A program made the position numbers and the translations under genes. DNA of 64,000 bases from Gemmatimonadales bacterium. GTDB taxonomy: Bacteria > Gemmatimonadota > Gemmatimonadetes > Gemmatimonadales > GWC2-71-9. The stretch covers positions 1,056,001 through 1,120,000 of the forward strand of contig JBBCJC010000005.1 of the NCBI GenBank assembly GCA_037189525.1, in the 5' to 3' direction. Shown one piece after another: positions 48,016-56,825 of the stretch. The first letter of the stretch is position 1, and every line of letters begins with the position of its first letter. The notes under the pieces are model-generated. The model saw only the letters and a program-made list of their open reading frames with translations. It did no database searches and was not told the origin of the DNA.

Positions 48016-49833
48016 ATGTGTCAGAGACTCGCATGTTCGGCGCTCATTGCCGCTGCGCTCGCCGGGCCACTCGGCGCCCAGACGATCCGCGTCCAGACGG
48101 TCGAGACTGAGACCCGCCGCGCCATCGCAGGCGCCCTGGTCACCCTGCTGGACGATGCGGGACAGCGTGTAACCCAAGGCCTCACCACCGACGCCGGCTG
48201 GGTGAGGCTCGTCGCGCCGAGACCAGGCACCTACCGGCTGCGTGCCGACCGGATCGGTCACGCGGGCATCCTCGGCGAGCCGCTCTCGCTCCGCGACTCT
48301 CTCACCATCGTCCTGAGCATGCCGACCGAGCGCGTGCTCCTGCCCGAGGTGACGGTCGCCGGCGAGTCGCGCTGTGATCGCGTCGCGGAGGGGGCGGTCA
48401 CCGCAGCGCTCTGGGAGGAGGTACGGAAGGGCCTGAGCGCCAATCAGCTCACCATCGCGGCGCAGGCCACGCCGCTCAGCGTCCGTCAGTTCCGGCGATA
48501 CCGTACCTTGCGAGGAACCGTCCGAGCCGACAGCACGTTCGCCGAGTTCACCACCCTCGAATCGCCCTTCATTGGCCCCGACCCCGAAACGTTGCGGACG
48601 CAGGGATTCGTCCATGAAATCGACGGACAGTTTCGTTTCGTGGCGCCCGACGCGCAGGCATTGCTCTCGGAGGCTTTCCTCGAAGAGCACTGCTTCCAGA
48701 TCGTGCGCGACGAGCGGCGGCAGCCAAACCTGATCGGACTCGGCTTCCAGCCGGTGCGCGATCGACGCCTCCCGGAAATCCGCGGCGTGCTCTGGGTCGA
48801 TCGCGGCTCAGCCGAGTTGCGGCATCTCGAGTTCGACTACGTCAATGTGCCGGCGCCGGTCCGTGCCGCAGGGCTCGGCGGACGGCTCGAGTTCGAGCGC
48901 CTGACGAGCGGGGCCTGGATCATCCGTGACTGGTATATCCGGATTCCGCATCGCGTCCGGATCGAGCAACGCGTCGGTTACCGGGGCGTGTCGCAGCGCG
49001 ACTCGGTGATCGGTTTCATCGATCAGGGCGGGATCGTACGCGTCGATGGTGACGCATCGATCGCCCTGGGCGAGGTGGCGGCCCGGACCGTTCAGACCAC
49101 GAAGCGGGTCGTTTCCCTCCGAGGTCGGGTGGTTTCCTCCGATGGGGAGCCGCTCGAAGGCGCGCGCATCGCGGTGGACGGACTCGACTCGGTTCTCGCC
49201 ACCGACCGGGCGGGCGCCTTTCACCTGGCCGATCATCCGCCGGGCACCGTACGCCTCGTCATCTCGGCGATTGGCCACGTACCCGGGAGATTTGGGATCA
49301 CGCTTCGCGACGAGCGCCTGCTGGTCGATACCGTTTTCGCGCTCGAGCGCGCTGCGCAGCGGCTCGACTCGATCGTCGTGGCGGAGTCGGCGCAGCCCTT
49401 CCGTTCGGCGGGGACGCTGGAGTTCGAGCGCCGGCGCGCCATGGGGTTCGGCTCCTTCCTGACCCGGCAGGAGCTGAATCAGTGGGGACCGACGCCCGTG
49501 TCCGCGTCGATCCGCGTGCTCGGCGGTTTTCGCCTGATGCCGCGATCGCTCAAATGCGGAGGGGGCTTCGCACTGGCGTCGGGGCGCGGGCTCAACGCAG
49601 CCGGAGGGGGCGATGAATGTGTCGATACCGCTTGCTATGTCGCCGTCTATGTGAACGGGTCCCAGATCTGGACGCCCGGCATGGGGGCCCCACCCGACAT
49701 CGAGCGGTATCTCGCAAGCGAGCTGGATGCGGTGGAAATCTATCGGGGGGCGGGCCAGTTACCGCCTGAGCTCCAATCGACGGGCGCCGCATGCGGAGCT
49801 ATCGTGCTCTGGACACGCACCAGTAATCACTGA
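48016..49833 (+). CDS. Secreted protein with two carboxypeptidase-regulatory-like domains and a C-terminal TonB plug-like domain
   Basis: AGGAG RBS, signal ending LGAQ, PGTYRLRADRIGH, LRGRVV...PLEGA, FERRR..GFG, AVEIYRG...CGAIVLWT. Confidence 0.82.
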   Translation: MCQRLACSALIAAALAGPLGAQTIRVQTVETETRRAIAGALVTLLDDAGQRVTQGLTTDAGWVRLVAPRPGTYRLRADRIGHAGILGEPLSLRDSLTIVLSMPTERVLLPEVTVAGESRCDRVAEGAVTAALWEEVRKGLSANQLTIAAQATPLSVRQFRRYRTLRGTVRADSTFAEFTTLESPFIGPDPETLRTQGFVHEIDGQFRFVAPDAQALLSEAFLEEHCFQIVRDERRQPNLIGLGFQPVRDRRLPEIRGVLWVDRGSAELRHLEFDYVNVPAPVRAAGLGGRLEFERLTSGAWIIRDWYIRIPHRVRIEQRVGYRGVSQRDSVIGFIDQGGIVRVDGDASIALGEVAARTVQTTKRVVSLRGRVVSSDGEPLEGARIAVDGLDSVLATDRAGAFHLADHPPGTVRLVISAIGHVPGRFGITLRDERLLVDTVFALERAAQRLDSIVVAESAQPFRSAGTLEFERRRAMGFGSFLTRQELNQWGPTPVSASIRVLGGFRLMPRSLKCGGGFALASGRGLNAAGGGDECVDTACYVAVYVNGSQIWTPGMGAPPDIERYLASELDAVEIYRGAGQLPPELQSTGAACGAIVLWTRTSNH

Positions 49834-50046
49834 ATCCGCGATATCAGGACAGGGCCTCGGAGCCCTGCTCCGGTGCGTCGTCCCCTCATACCGCCGAGGT
49901 GCGTGCACATAGCTGCTTCGCGCCGGCTTCCTGACCTGATTCTTGGGTGACTGCACTCGCCCACTCAGGCCGGACTTGGCCGCCAATCGTATATTTGCAC
50001 CGGGTAATCGATCTGCCACCTGCACACCATGAAAGACCCACACCCC

Positions 50047-50382
50047 ATGAGCGCCTATGTCGTCGGACTGGTCGAGATCACCGACCCTGAGCAGTACCGG
50101 GAATACATGAAGCACACCCCGCGCCTGATCCATCAGTTCGGGGGGCGGTTCATTGCCCGCGGCGGCGAGATGGTGACGCTGGAGGGTGAGGCGTTACCGC
50201 GGATGGTTTTGATCGAGTTCCCGTCGCTCGATCAGGCGCGGGCGTTCTACGATTCGCCGGAGTACGTTCGCGCTCGCCAGCTGCGGCAGGGAGCGGGGCA
50301 CCTTCGTCTCACGGCCGTCGAGGGGTATTCGGCCGACGCGTGGAACGAGGCGGTCGAGGAAAGCTCGCGACATTCTATCTGA
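50047..50382 (+). CDS. DUF1330 domain protein
   Basis: AYVV...ITDPEQYREY....I.QFGGRFIARGG....LEG, EFPSLDQARAFYDSPEY. Confidence 0.9.
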   Translation: MSAYVVGLVEITDPEQYREYMKHTPRLIHQFGGRFIARGGEMVTLEGEALPRMVLIEFPSLDQARAFYDSPEYVRARQLRQGAGHLRLTAVEGYSADAWNEAVEESSRHSI

Positions 50383-50467
50383 CAGTAGTGGAGGCGTTGC
50401 GGCGCACATTCGCTAGCGGCAGGGCCATCGGATCGTACCGGGCCAGACAAGGTGATACTACGCACGC

Positions 50468-50502
50468 GACGACCCGGCCGAGTACTTCTCGACCGGGTCG
50501 TC
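50468..50502 (-). terminator. 15-bp stem-loop between convergent genes
   Basis: GACGACCCGGCCGAG-tactt-CTCGACCGGGTCGTC. The one mismatch is G-U on the minus strand; no clear U-tail. Confidence 0.5.
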
Positions 50503-50532
50503 AGTCCGCTGCCATCGATGATCCGGCGCGAC

Positions 50533-51228
50533 TCATGCCGCCCGATCCTCGGTGCCGGTAACCGGCGGCGTGATACCGGTGTCCCGCGTCTTGCTGCGGA
50601 ACGGACCCAGCACGTTACGCGCACCTACCCAGGCGCCTAACGGCTCCGCATCGCCGGCAAAGCGGGTCCGGTTGATCACGTCCATCAATCCGACCAGTTC
50701 CATGATCTCCGCAGTGACCTCGAACAGCTTGGCTCGGGCGCCCATGTGCTCTCGTCGGCCGGCGTTGGCGCGTTCGGTGGCGGCCTCGAACCGGTTGAGG
50801 GCGTCGGTCACCAGGTCGAGGTGATCGGCGGAGAGGCCGTGCCTTCTCAGCAACTCCTGGTGCTCCCGGGCGGCGGTAACGAGATCCCAGCCCCGGGCCA
50901 GAAACGCTGCATGGGACATGCGTCGTCCCGGCATCCGGAACCGGCCCGCGATATCCGGATTCTCGCGGGCAGCCAGGTCGGCCACCTTGCGAAGGTACCG
51001 GATCATCGCGACCTCGATATCCTGGCGCACCTGTCGGCGACGCCGGGTGGCTGTGGCCGAGCCCAAACGGCCGGATTGTTCCTGCACGGCGAGCGACTGC
51101 GCCCGGGTGACCAGGTCACCGAAGCGGGCGCCGATGGCCAGGTGGCTCGGGTCCGTGAAGGGGTGGGCAGTGAGAAAGTCACGAACCCGAACGGCCATCT
51201 CCAGTTTCCTGCGCGCGCTGCTCAACAT
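50533..51228 (-). CDS. Uncharacterised helical, Arg-rich protein (231 aa)
   Basis: AAGGAG RBS before ATG 51228 (MLSSARRKLEMAVRVRDFL...). The upstream extension in the ORF track (to 51879) is low-complexity array sequence. Confidence 0.8.
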   Translation of the reverse strand: MLSSARRKLEMAVRVRDFLTAHPFTDPSHLAIGARFGDLVTRAQSLAVQEQSGRLGSATATRRRRQVRQDIEVAMIRYLRKVADLAARENPDIAGRFRMPGRRMSHAAFLARGWDLVTAAREHQELLRRHGLSADHLDLVTDALNRFEAATERANAGRREHMGARAKLFEVTAEIMELVGLMDVINRTRFAGDAEPLGAWVGARNVLGPFRSKTRDTGITPPVTGTEDRAA

Positions 51229-51553
51229 ACGACGACTCCTTTCGGGAACCACATCGCCGCGGACTCCCGGGGTCCGCGTCGCGTGCGCCGCCGACGAGGG
51301 GCGACCGGGTTCCCGGGACACCGGGCCGCCGGATGCGGACGAAGCGAAGATTGGACCAGGGCCGAATGGAGTCGTGTCGCCGGATCGGTTGGGTTGCCCG
51401 CTCCGAACGCGGATCTCGTTGTGAGACACGGAGTAAGGCGCCGAAGCACGAATGGAATACGGTAGCTCCGGCGGATCGGATTGCGCGGCGAGAGACCGTC
51501 GGGCGTGTCCACTTTCATGGACATGAGTGTCCAGGGGAGGAGTCAACGCTTCT

Positions 51554-51974
51554 GGAGCAGTCACCGGAAATGAAGGACCTCGGGCCGGATGATTCGGAGA
51601 TGCGGGTGAATCTGCAGGAGCGAGCATCGGATCGGGCTGACTTGTCGTCGACAGTGGGGGACTTGTCGCCGGATGATATGGACCGGCTGCCGACAGATGC
51701 GGATTGGCGAGTGAGCGGGATGGACTTGTCACCGAGCGATGGGGATAAGGAGCCTGAAGATGGGGGACTGGGGATCGGTTGATGTGTATCGGCGGTCGGA
51801 TCGAGCGGAGTAGTGATCGGTCGGGTTGGAGCGGGGGTCCGCAGTGGTGGACCAGAGACCGGCAGTGATGGCGACGCACACTGCGGTGGTGGATCAGAGG
51901 CAGAAGTGGTCGGAGACGGAGCCGGATCGGGAGGACTGGTCGGTTGGCAGAGTGGAGCCGCCGACCACCGGAAT
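51554..51974. repeat. Degenerate 21-bp-period tandem array, about 20 units
   Basis: GGA at positions 1-3 in 17 of 20 units, G at position 7 in all 20, and mostly YCG/YCN at 11-13. One 22-nt unit (extra G in the G-run at about 51764). Confidence 0.85.
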
Positions 51975-52001
51975 GGCCAGCAGTTCCTCCTCTCGACTCG
52001 G

Positions 52002-52236
52002 CTACCGTGACCAGCGGAACCCGGCGTAGAACGAGCGTCCGTCCGACGGTTCGTAGAACTGACCGACGGCGTTGTCGATCTGCACCGACGCGGAGTATCG
52101 CTCATTGGTCAAATTCTCGACCGCAGCAAACAACGTCAGCCCTCGACTGGCCAGCAGGTACTCGGCTCGGACGCCGAACACGGTCCATCCGCTATTCTCG
52201 AGAGTATTTTCGCTGTCCACAAAGTAGCGTCCGGGG
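52002..52236 (-). pseudogene. C-terminal fragment of a TonB-dependent receptor
   Basis: GRYFVDSENT...WTVFGVRAEY...LTLFAAVENLTNERY...YEPSDGRSFYAGFRWSR* are typical terminal barrel strands. Upstream sequence is unrelated. Confidence 0.8.
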
Positions 52237-52309
52237 TCAATCGAGCACGACATGCTTGATCCGAGTGCAGTAGATCTCAGGCTGCCAGCAAGGGAGTTGA
52301 CGTGTCTGT

Positions 52310-52495
52310 TTATTGCTCCGTCGACTCCAGAACGTCGGCCGGCGCAACCGCCTCCCAACTGCCGTTCCGGGCAATAATCAACCTGGTCCCGGTCGAGGCG
52401 GCCACTTCCCGTGCCCGCCTGGCAGCGCGGCGCAGCGCCGGCAGCGCATCTCGAAGCTCGGGCGTTCTCGCCTCTTCGATCGGTTTCCGATTCAT
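52310..52495 (-). CDS. Small basic protein resembling the partner ORFs of zeta-toxin/AAA kinase genes (putative antitoxin)
   Basis: GAGGGG RBS, TATAAT upstream (52529-52534). Pattern MN.KPI..A...L....AL.RAA.RA.E.A..TGT.LII.RNG recognised from memory. Confidence 0.6.
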   Translation of the reverse strand: MNRKPIEEARTPELRDALPALRRAARRAREVAASTGTRLIIARNGSWEAVAPADVLESTEQ

Positions 52496-52643
52496 TAGCC
52501 CCTCTCGACCGCATCAACCTAGACTGGATTATAATGGTTGGCCGACAAACCAAAGTTGTCGCGTCGCCCCGGTATGAAGAGTAGATTCCAACCTGTTTCC
52601 CGATCGACATGAAGCAGACCTGACCCGCCAGGGAGGCCACCCG

Positions 52644-53846
52644 ATGCGCCGAACCTTGCTCGTGTTGTCACTGCTCATTGCGGGCGTCTCCACGCTCGCC
52701 GCACAGGTGCGCAACATCCCCGATGCGCCCGGCCGGTGGAAGCCGTGGACCTTCACCGCGTACCCCACCACCCGGACCCAGCTCGGCGCCCGGCCGGCAG
52801 ACGTAAAGGATCTGGAAGCGCATTTGCTGCGCCTGAGCGCCATCATCAAGAACATCGACGGGATCACGAACCCGATCGGGTTCAGCGTCGAGGTATCGGG
52901 CACGCTCGGCATGGCGTCCGAACGAGAGCCCTTCCCCGGCGAACCCGGGTTCAAGGTGGGGCCGCTACCGGCCATGTTCAACTTCGGCGCCTTCCCCATC
53001 CTGGAGTTTGGCAACGGCAAGCGCGACGACGGGGGAGAAACGGCCTTGTTGCTGTTCTCCGTCAACCAAGTGTCGCTTCCGCTGTTTTTTGCCTATGAGA
53101 GCCGCGTACCGGAGTTCGAGAAGTTCGACACCGATGTGGTGCGCCAGGCCCCGCCAGAGCCCGATCTGTTCGGCCTGCCGCGTTATGGCAAAGAGGTGAT
53201 CGTGATCAAAAAGACGGACACGCCGATCGCGGTCGCGGTGACGATGGCTGAGACTCTGGAGCTCGTCGCGCGCAGCATCGATCTGCGACTGGCCGACGAA
53301 CGCGACGTCGTGACACGCCTCCAGGCGGGGTATGACGACCGCACGGATCCCGCGAAGCGGGCCAAGCGCATGGCGGAGCACAAGCAGATCGCGGCGACGC
53401 TAAAAGACCCGACGTATCTGGAAACGATGACGAAGGTCGACGCCGAGCTGGCGCGGACCGCCGTGGAGCTGCTACCGGAAATCAATCGGGTCAAGGCGGG
53501 CGTGACGGCGATCGAGCAGGAACTGGCCGCCGCCAAGGCAAAGGCCGCCGGGCTCTCGGCGGCAGACAAGGCCGCGCCCGCCTGTTATGCCAGCGGCGGG
53601 AGCGGACCGTCGCTCGCGCGTTTCCGTCGCGCGCCGGAGTCCGGCTGCGTTCCGCTGGTGCGCCCGAACTGGGCGCTGTTCAACCCGGCGCTCCCTCGAT
53701 CGGCGCCGCAGTTGCTGACCATCTCGCACTTCGAGAGATGCCTACCCGCTAACCGGCCGGCTGCTCCCAACCCCGGTGGATGTACGGCGAACATGCGGCT
53801 GCTCGAGTCGATCGATAAAGCCGCGCTTCTTGCTTGGTTACAATGA
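52644..53846 (+). CDS. Hypothetical secreted protein with coiled-coil insertion
   Basis: GGAGG RBS, signal ending LAAQ, good codon bias, two C-terminal Cys pairs. Confidence 0.78.
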   Translation: MRRTLLVLSLLIAGVSTLAAQVRNIPDAPGRWKPWTFTAYPTTRTQLGARPADVKDLEAHLLRLSAIIKNIDGITNPIGFSVEVSGTLGMASEREPFPGEPGFKVGPLPAMFNFGAFPILEFGNGKRDDGGETALLLFSVNQVSLPLFFAYESRVPEFEKFDTDVVRQAPPEPDLFGLPRYGKEVIVIKKTDTPIAVAVTMAETLELVARSIDLRLADERDVVTRLQAGYDDRTDPAKRAKRMAEHKQIAATLKDPTYLETMTKVDAELARTAVELLPEINRVKAGVTAIEQELAAAKAKAAGLSAADKAAPACYASGGSGPSLARFRRAPESGCVPLVRPNWALFNPALPRSAPQLLTISHFERCLPANRPAAPNPGGCTANMRLLESIDKAALLAWLQ

Positions 53847-54035
53847 CAGAGAAGCGCCGCACCCATTACTGATCCGGTGGGCGCGCAACGACGGTCAATC
53901 GTCGCCGGCAGCCGGAAAGGGGGTAGCCACCGGCAGTTCCCGCCAGAGTCGTTAGGCAGACGCCGGAGAACAAAAGGCGAACACCTTGCCACCGCAATAC
54001 GTCGGTTCTCAGCTTGGAGCTACGGACTCACGACG

Positions 54036-55014
54036 ATGTATCGATTGAGGTTCCCGTTTCGTCCCGTCGATGAGACGGCACAGTTTTCCGAGTCGATCAA
54101 CCTCCGGTCGGCTGGCTTCACCGCGTCACTTCAGCCACATCTTCCGTACGTTGTGCTTAACCTCGATGGCTTTGAGTCAGTAGAGAGCGCCAGTGATGCG
54201 TTCCCGTTGGCCTGGGGAACCATTATGGTCGCCTCCGTACTCGCCAACTGCGGCTTCGGGATCGAAGCATCGTTAGATCGGTTATACATACCTTCACAAC
54301 CGCTCGACCCTGAGACCATTACAGCATCCATTGGGCTGCGCGTCTCTGACGCCTGTTCACGGTATCGCGAACGGTAACGTTCCCATTGTGGTACCGGCCA
54401 CCGGAAAAGTGATCTACGCTACCACCGGCGATGTAACACTGAAGCGATCGTCACCCATCGCTCGCCTGGTACCGTTCATCGAGCAAGCACTCTCGATTCC
54501 TGGCACCGCGCATGCCTACATTAACGACCGCCTCAGACTCGCGTTCGATCTTTGGGCAGATTATCACAGAGAACAGCGCCTTCGGGCGAAGTTTCTGACT
54601 CTCGTAATGGCACTTGAAGCTTTGGCCGAAACGATTCCCAAACATCCTGCTGCTGTCGCGCTACTTGACCGATGGGCCAAGGAAGCAACAACCGAGCTCA
54701 GCAATTGGGCACCCGACACAGAGGAGTACGAGGCGATCGAATCTGTTAGGCGAGAACTTCTGGTACGGCGACATCGCTCAATCAGGAGCCGGATCCAATC
54801 CCATATCACCGGAGTTATCGATGCCGTTCAGCCGGGAGAAGGCACCCGCATCGCCAAACTCGCACGAACTGCGTACGACCATCGGAGCACACTACTGCAC
54901 ACTGGAGCGATTTCGTCGGCTGCCTTGAGCGAGGGTCATACAGTCGCGTTGACTGCGCTACGCGCAACCCTCCTTGCTTCCCTTGGGGTTTCGCCGCTGA
55001 CCATCGCTTGCTGA
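54036..55014 (+). pseudogene. Frameshifted HEPN-motif (ApeA/MauJ-like) protein
   Basis: ATG 54036 frame stops at 54377. The +1 frame from about 54331 continues with KFLTLVMALE and AYDHRSTLLHTG (R-x4-H). Lower GC. Confidence 0.65.
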
Positions 55015-55077
55015 CCAACGTTTGGGATACACGACCCTTTGAACTAGGATCGAACCTCTCCAGGAGTACCGACCATC

Positions 55078-56130
55078 GTGGGCCTCACTGATTTTACGAT
55101 CGAAGCAATGGGATTTCGCCGCATGCCCCCAGAGAAGGCGGTTTCCGCTGCGTTTCATAGCCTAACTACCTTCGAAATTCGGGGCCTGAAACTGGATGAA
55201 CGAGAATCAGTCGAGAGTGCGGCCAGCACTGTCAGCGATGTTCCCTACCGTATTGCATTGGGACCCTCTCCGAATCGGCTCGCACGACATCTTATAGATG
55301 ACGACCTAGTAGATGACGAGTCGCGATGGCTGGCAGAATCCAAGAGCACCCCGCCGTTTCTCATGCTTCACATCGGACTCCCGGAAATCCATGAGGTGCG
55401 AGGAGCCTACGTCCGAGACGAGCCAAATCGGATATTGACATACGGGGCATTCGAGTATGCGAAGGCGAAGCTGAAGAGGGCTGAAGGTATCGTCGTTCCT
55501 AACATTGCCTCCGCATTCACATGCGAGTTCAGCCACTTTAGCCCAACAGTCAGTCTCAAGCAGGTAAGCCGAGATGTCTACGGCATAACACCAGATGGGC
55601 GGACCTTACACGACATTCGGATCGAGGTCCGAGGTTCACTATCGACTGCACAACGCATCAGCCCAAACACCACACAAGCTTACCTTAGTCGTTCGACAGA
55701 TCTAGCCGCCTCACTCAAGTCGGCAGTATCTCAATTCCTTCACCTTGCGTTCGACGAAAAAGATCAACTCAAACGGTTCTTGTACCTTTTCTTTGCCCTC
55801 GAGCGAATCACACATACCACATTTGCGTCGATCGACCTTGATCGCCATATGTCACGACTATCCGAGGTTTCTAGACGGACTTCAAAACCTCGAGATCAAC
55901 CGAGGGAGTGGAAGACGCTCCAAGATCGGTTTGCCTGGTGTTCAGTCGTCGTCTGGACACAGCTTACCGACAACGACATAGCAACCTTTCGAATGCTCAA
56001 GAAGGTCAGAGACCGACTGGCCCACGGCGAGATTACGGCACCGCCAAGTCCATCTGTGCAGGTAATCGAAGATCTCGTGAAGAAGCTCCTCCGCCAAGCC
56101 GATCCCGTCACCACACACCTACAGACGTGA
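55078..56130 (+). CDS. Hypothetical protein with C-terminal HEPN R-x4-H motif (ApeA/MauJ-like)
   Basis: AGGAG RBS; RFLYLFFALE and KKVRDRLAHG; lower GC than flanks. Confidence 0.7.
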   Translation: MGLTDFTIEAMGFRRMPPEKAVSAAFHSLTTFEIRGLKLDERESVESAASTVSDVPYRIALGPSPNRLARHLIDDDLVDDESRWLAESKSTPPFLMLHIGLPEIHEVRGAYVRDEPNRILTYGAFEYAKAKLKRAEGIVVPNIASAFTCEFSHFSPTVSLKQVSRDVYGITPDGRTLHDIRIEVRGSLSTAQRISPNTTQAYLSRSTDLAASLKSAVSQFLHLAFDEKDQLKRFLYLFFALERITHTTFASIDLDRHMSRLSEVSRRTSKPRDQPREWKTLQDRFAWCSVVVWTQLTDNDIATFRMLKKVRDRLAHGEITAPPSPSVQVIEDLVKKLLRQADPVTTHLQT

Positions 56131-56329
56131 TGTACGACCGTACGCGAAGCCAAACCTTCGGAACGAGAAAAGAAATCAGGGTGTCCCGTTCACTTCGCAC
56201 AGCGATCGGGGTGCAGGAACCACCCGCACTCCGGCAGTGCCTCTACCTGCGCGACGAGTTCCTGACACACCTAATTCAGCTCTGGTTCTTGTAGGAAACA
56301 GAGAACAGCTGAACTCTATATCCTTGGTA

Positions 56330-56824
56330 CTAGTCCTCGTCTGCGGCGGTGAGCGGGATCAGGCGCGCCCGCGGGGGGATACCGGCTTCCAGCTCCATAA
56401 TCCCGACCGACGCCGGCAGGTCGAACCGCCGCGCTCCCGCCCCGCCCGGGTTCATCACCGTCACCACGAGATCCACGGTCGTCAGCAGCGGCTGGTGCGT
56501 ATGGCCGTAGATGATGACCTCGGCCTCCGGAAAGGCCTGATGTAACCCTTCCGGCGTCGGGCTCCGGCCGAGCTGATGCCCGTGAATCACCACGAAGCGG
56601 AATCCGTCGATCTCGGTCTCGACCACCTCGGGCACCCGGCTGCGGATGTCGAAGTCATCGGTATTGCCCCAGACCGCCATGACTGGTGCGATCGCTTCCA
56701 GCTCGGTGAGCAGCTCCGGCGGGCCGACATCGCCGGCGTGGAGGATCAGGTCGACGTCCTTGAAGACTTCGAACACCTCGGGCCGCAGCATGCCATGAGT
56801 ATCGGAAATGATGCCGAGCCGCAT
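56330..56824 (-). CDS. YfcE/MJ0936-type metallophosphoesterase
   Basis: ISDTH, HAGD, GNTD, HGH, GHTH, NPG. Confidence 0.93.
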   Translation of the reverse strand: MRLGIISDTHGMLRPEVFEVFKDVDLILHAGDVGPPELLTELEAIAPVMAVWGNTDDFDIRSRVPEVVETEIDGFRFVVIHGHQLGRSPTPEGLHQAFPEAEVIIYGHTHQPLLTTVDLVVTVMNPGGAGARRFDLPASVGIMELEAGIPPRARLIPLTAADED

Positions 56825-56825
56825 T

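Noticed and set aside
51229..51879. N-terminal 217-aa extension of ORF 50533-51879, and ORFs 51333-51782 and 51515-52105
   Set aside because: Low-complexity read-through of the leader and 21-bp array; the register changes mid-array; the strong RBS is at ATG 51228.
52237..52640. ORF 52002-52640 as an intact 212-aa gene
   Set aside because: Only the last roughly 78 codons look like a TonB receptor; the rest overlaps the 61-aa ORF in another frame.
56265..56315. attC or terminator at the imperfect inverted repeat TTCAGCT-ctg-GTTCT...AGAAC-AGCTGAA
   Set aside because: No GTTRRRY end and no U-tail; probably only a hairpin between convergent genes.
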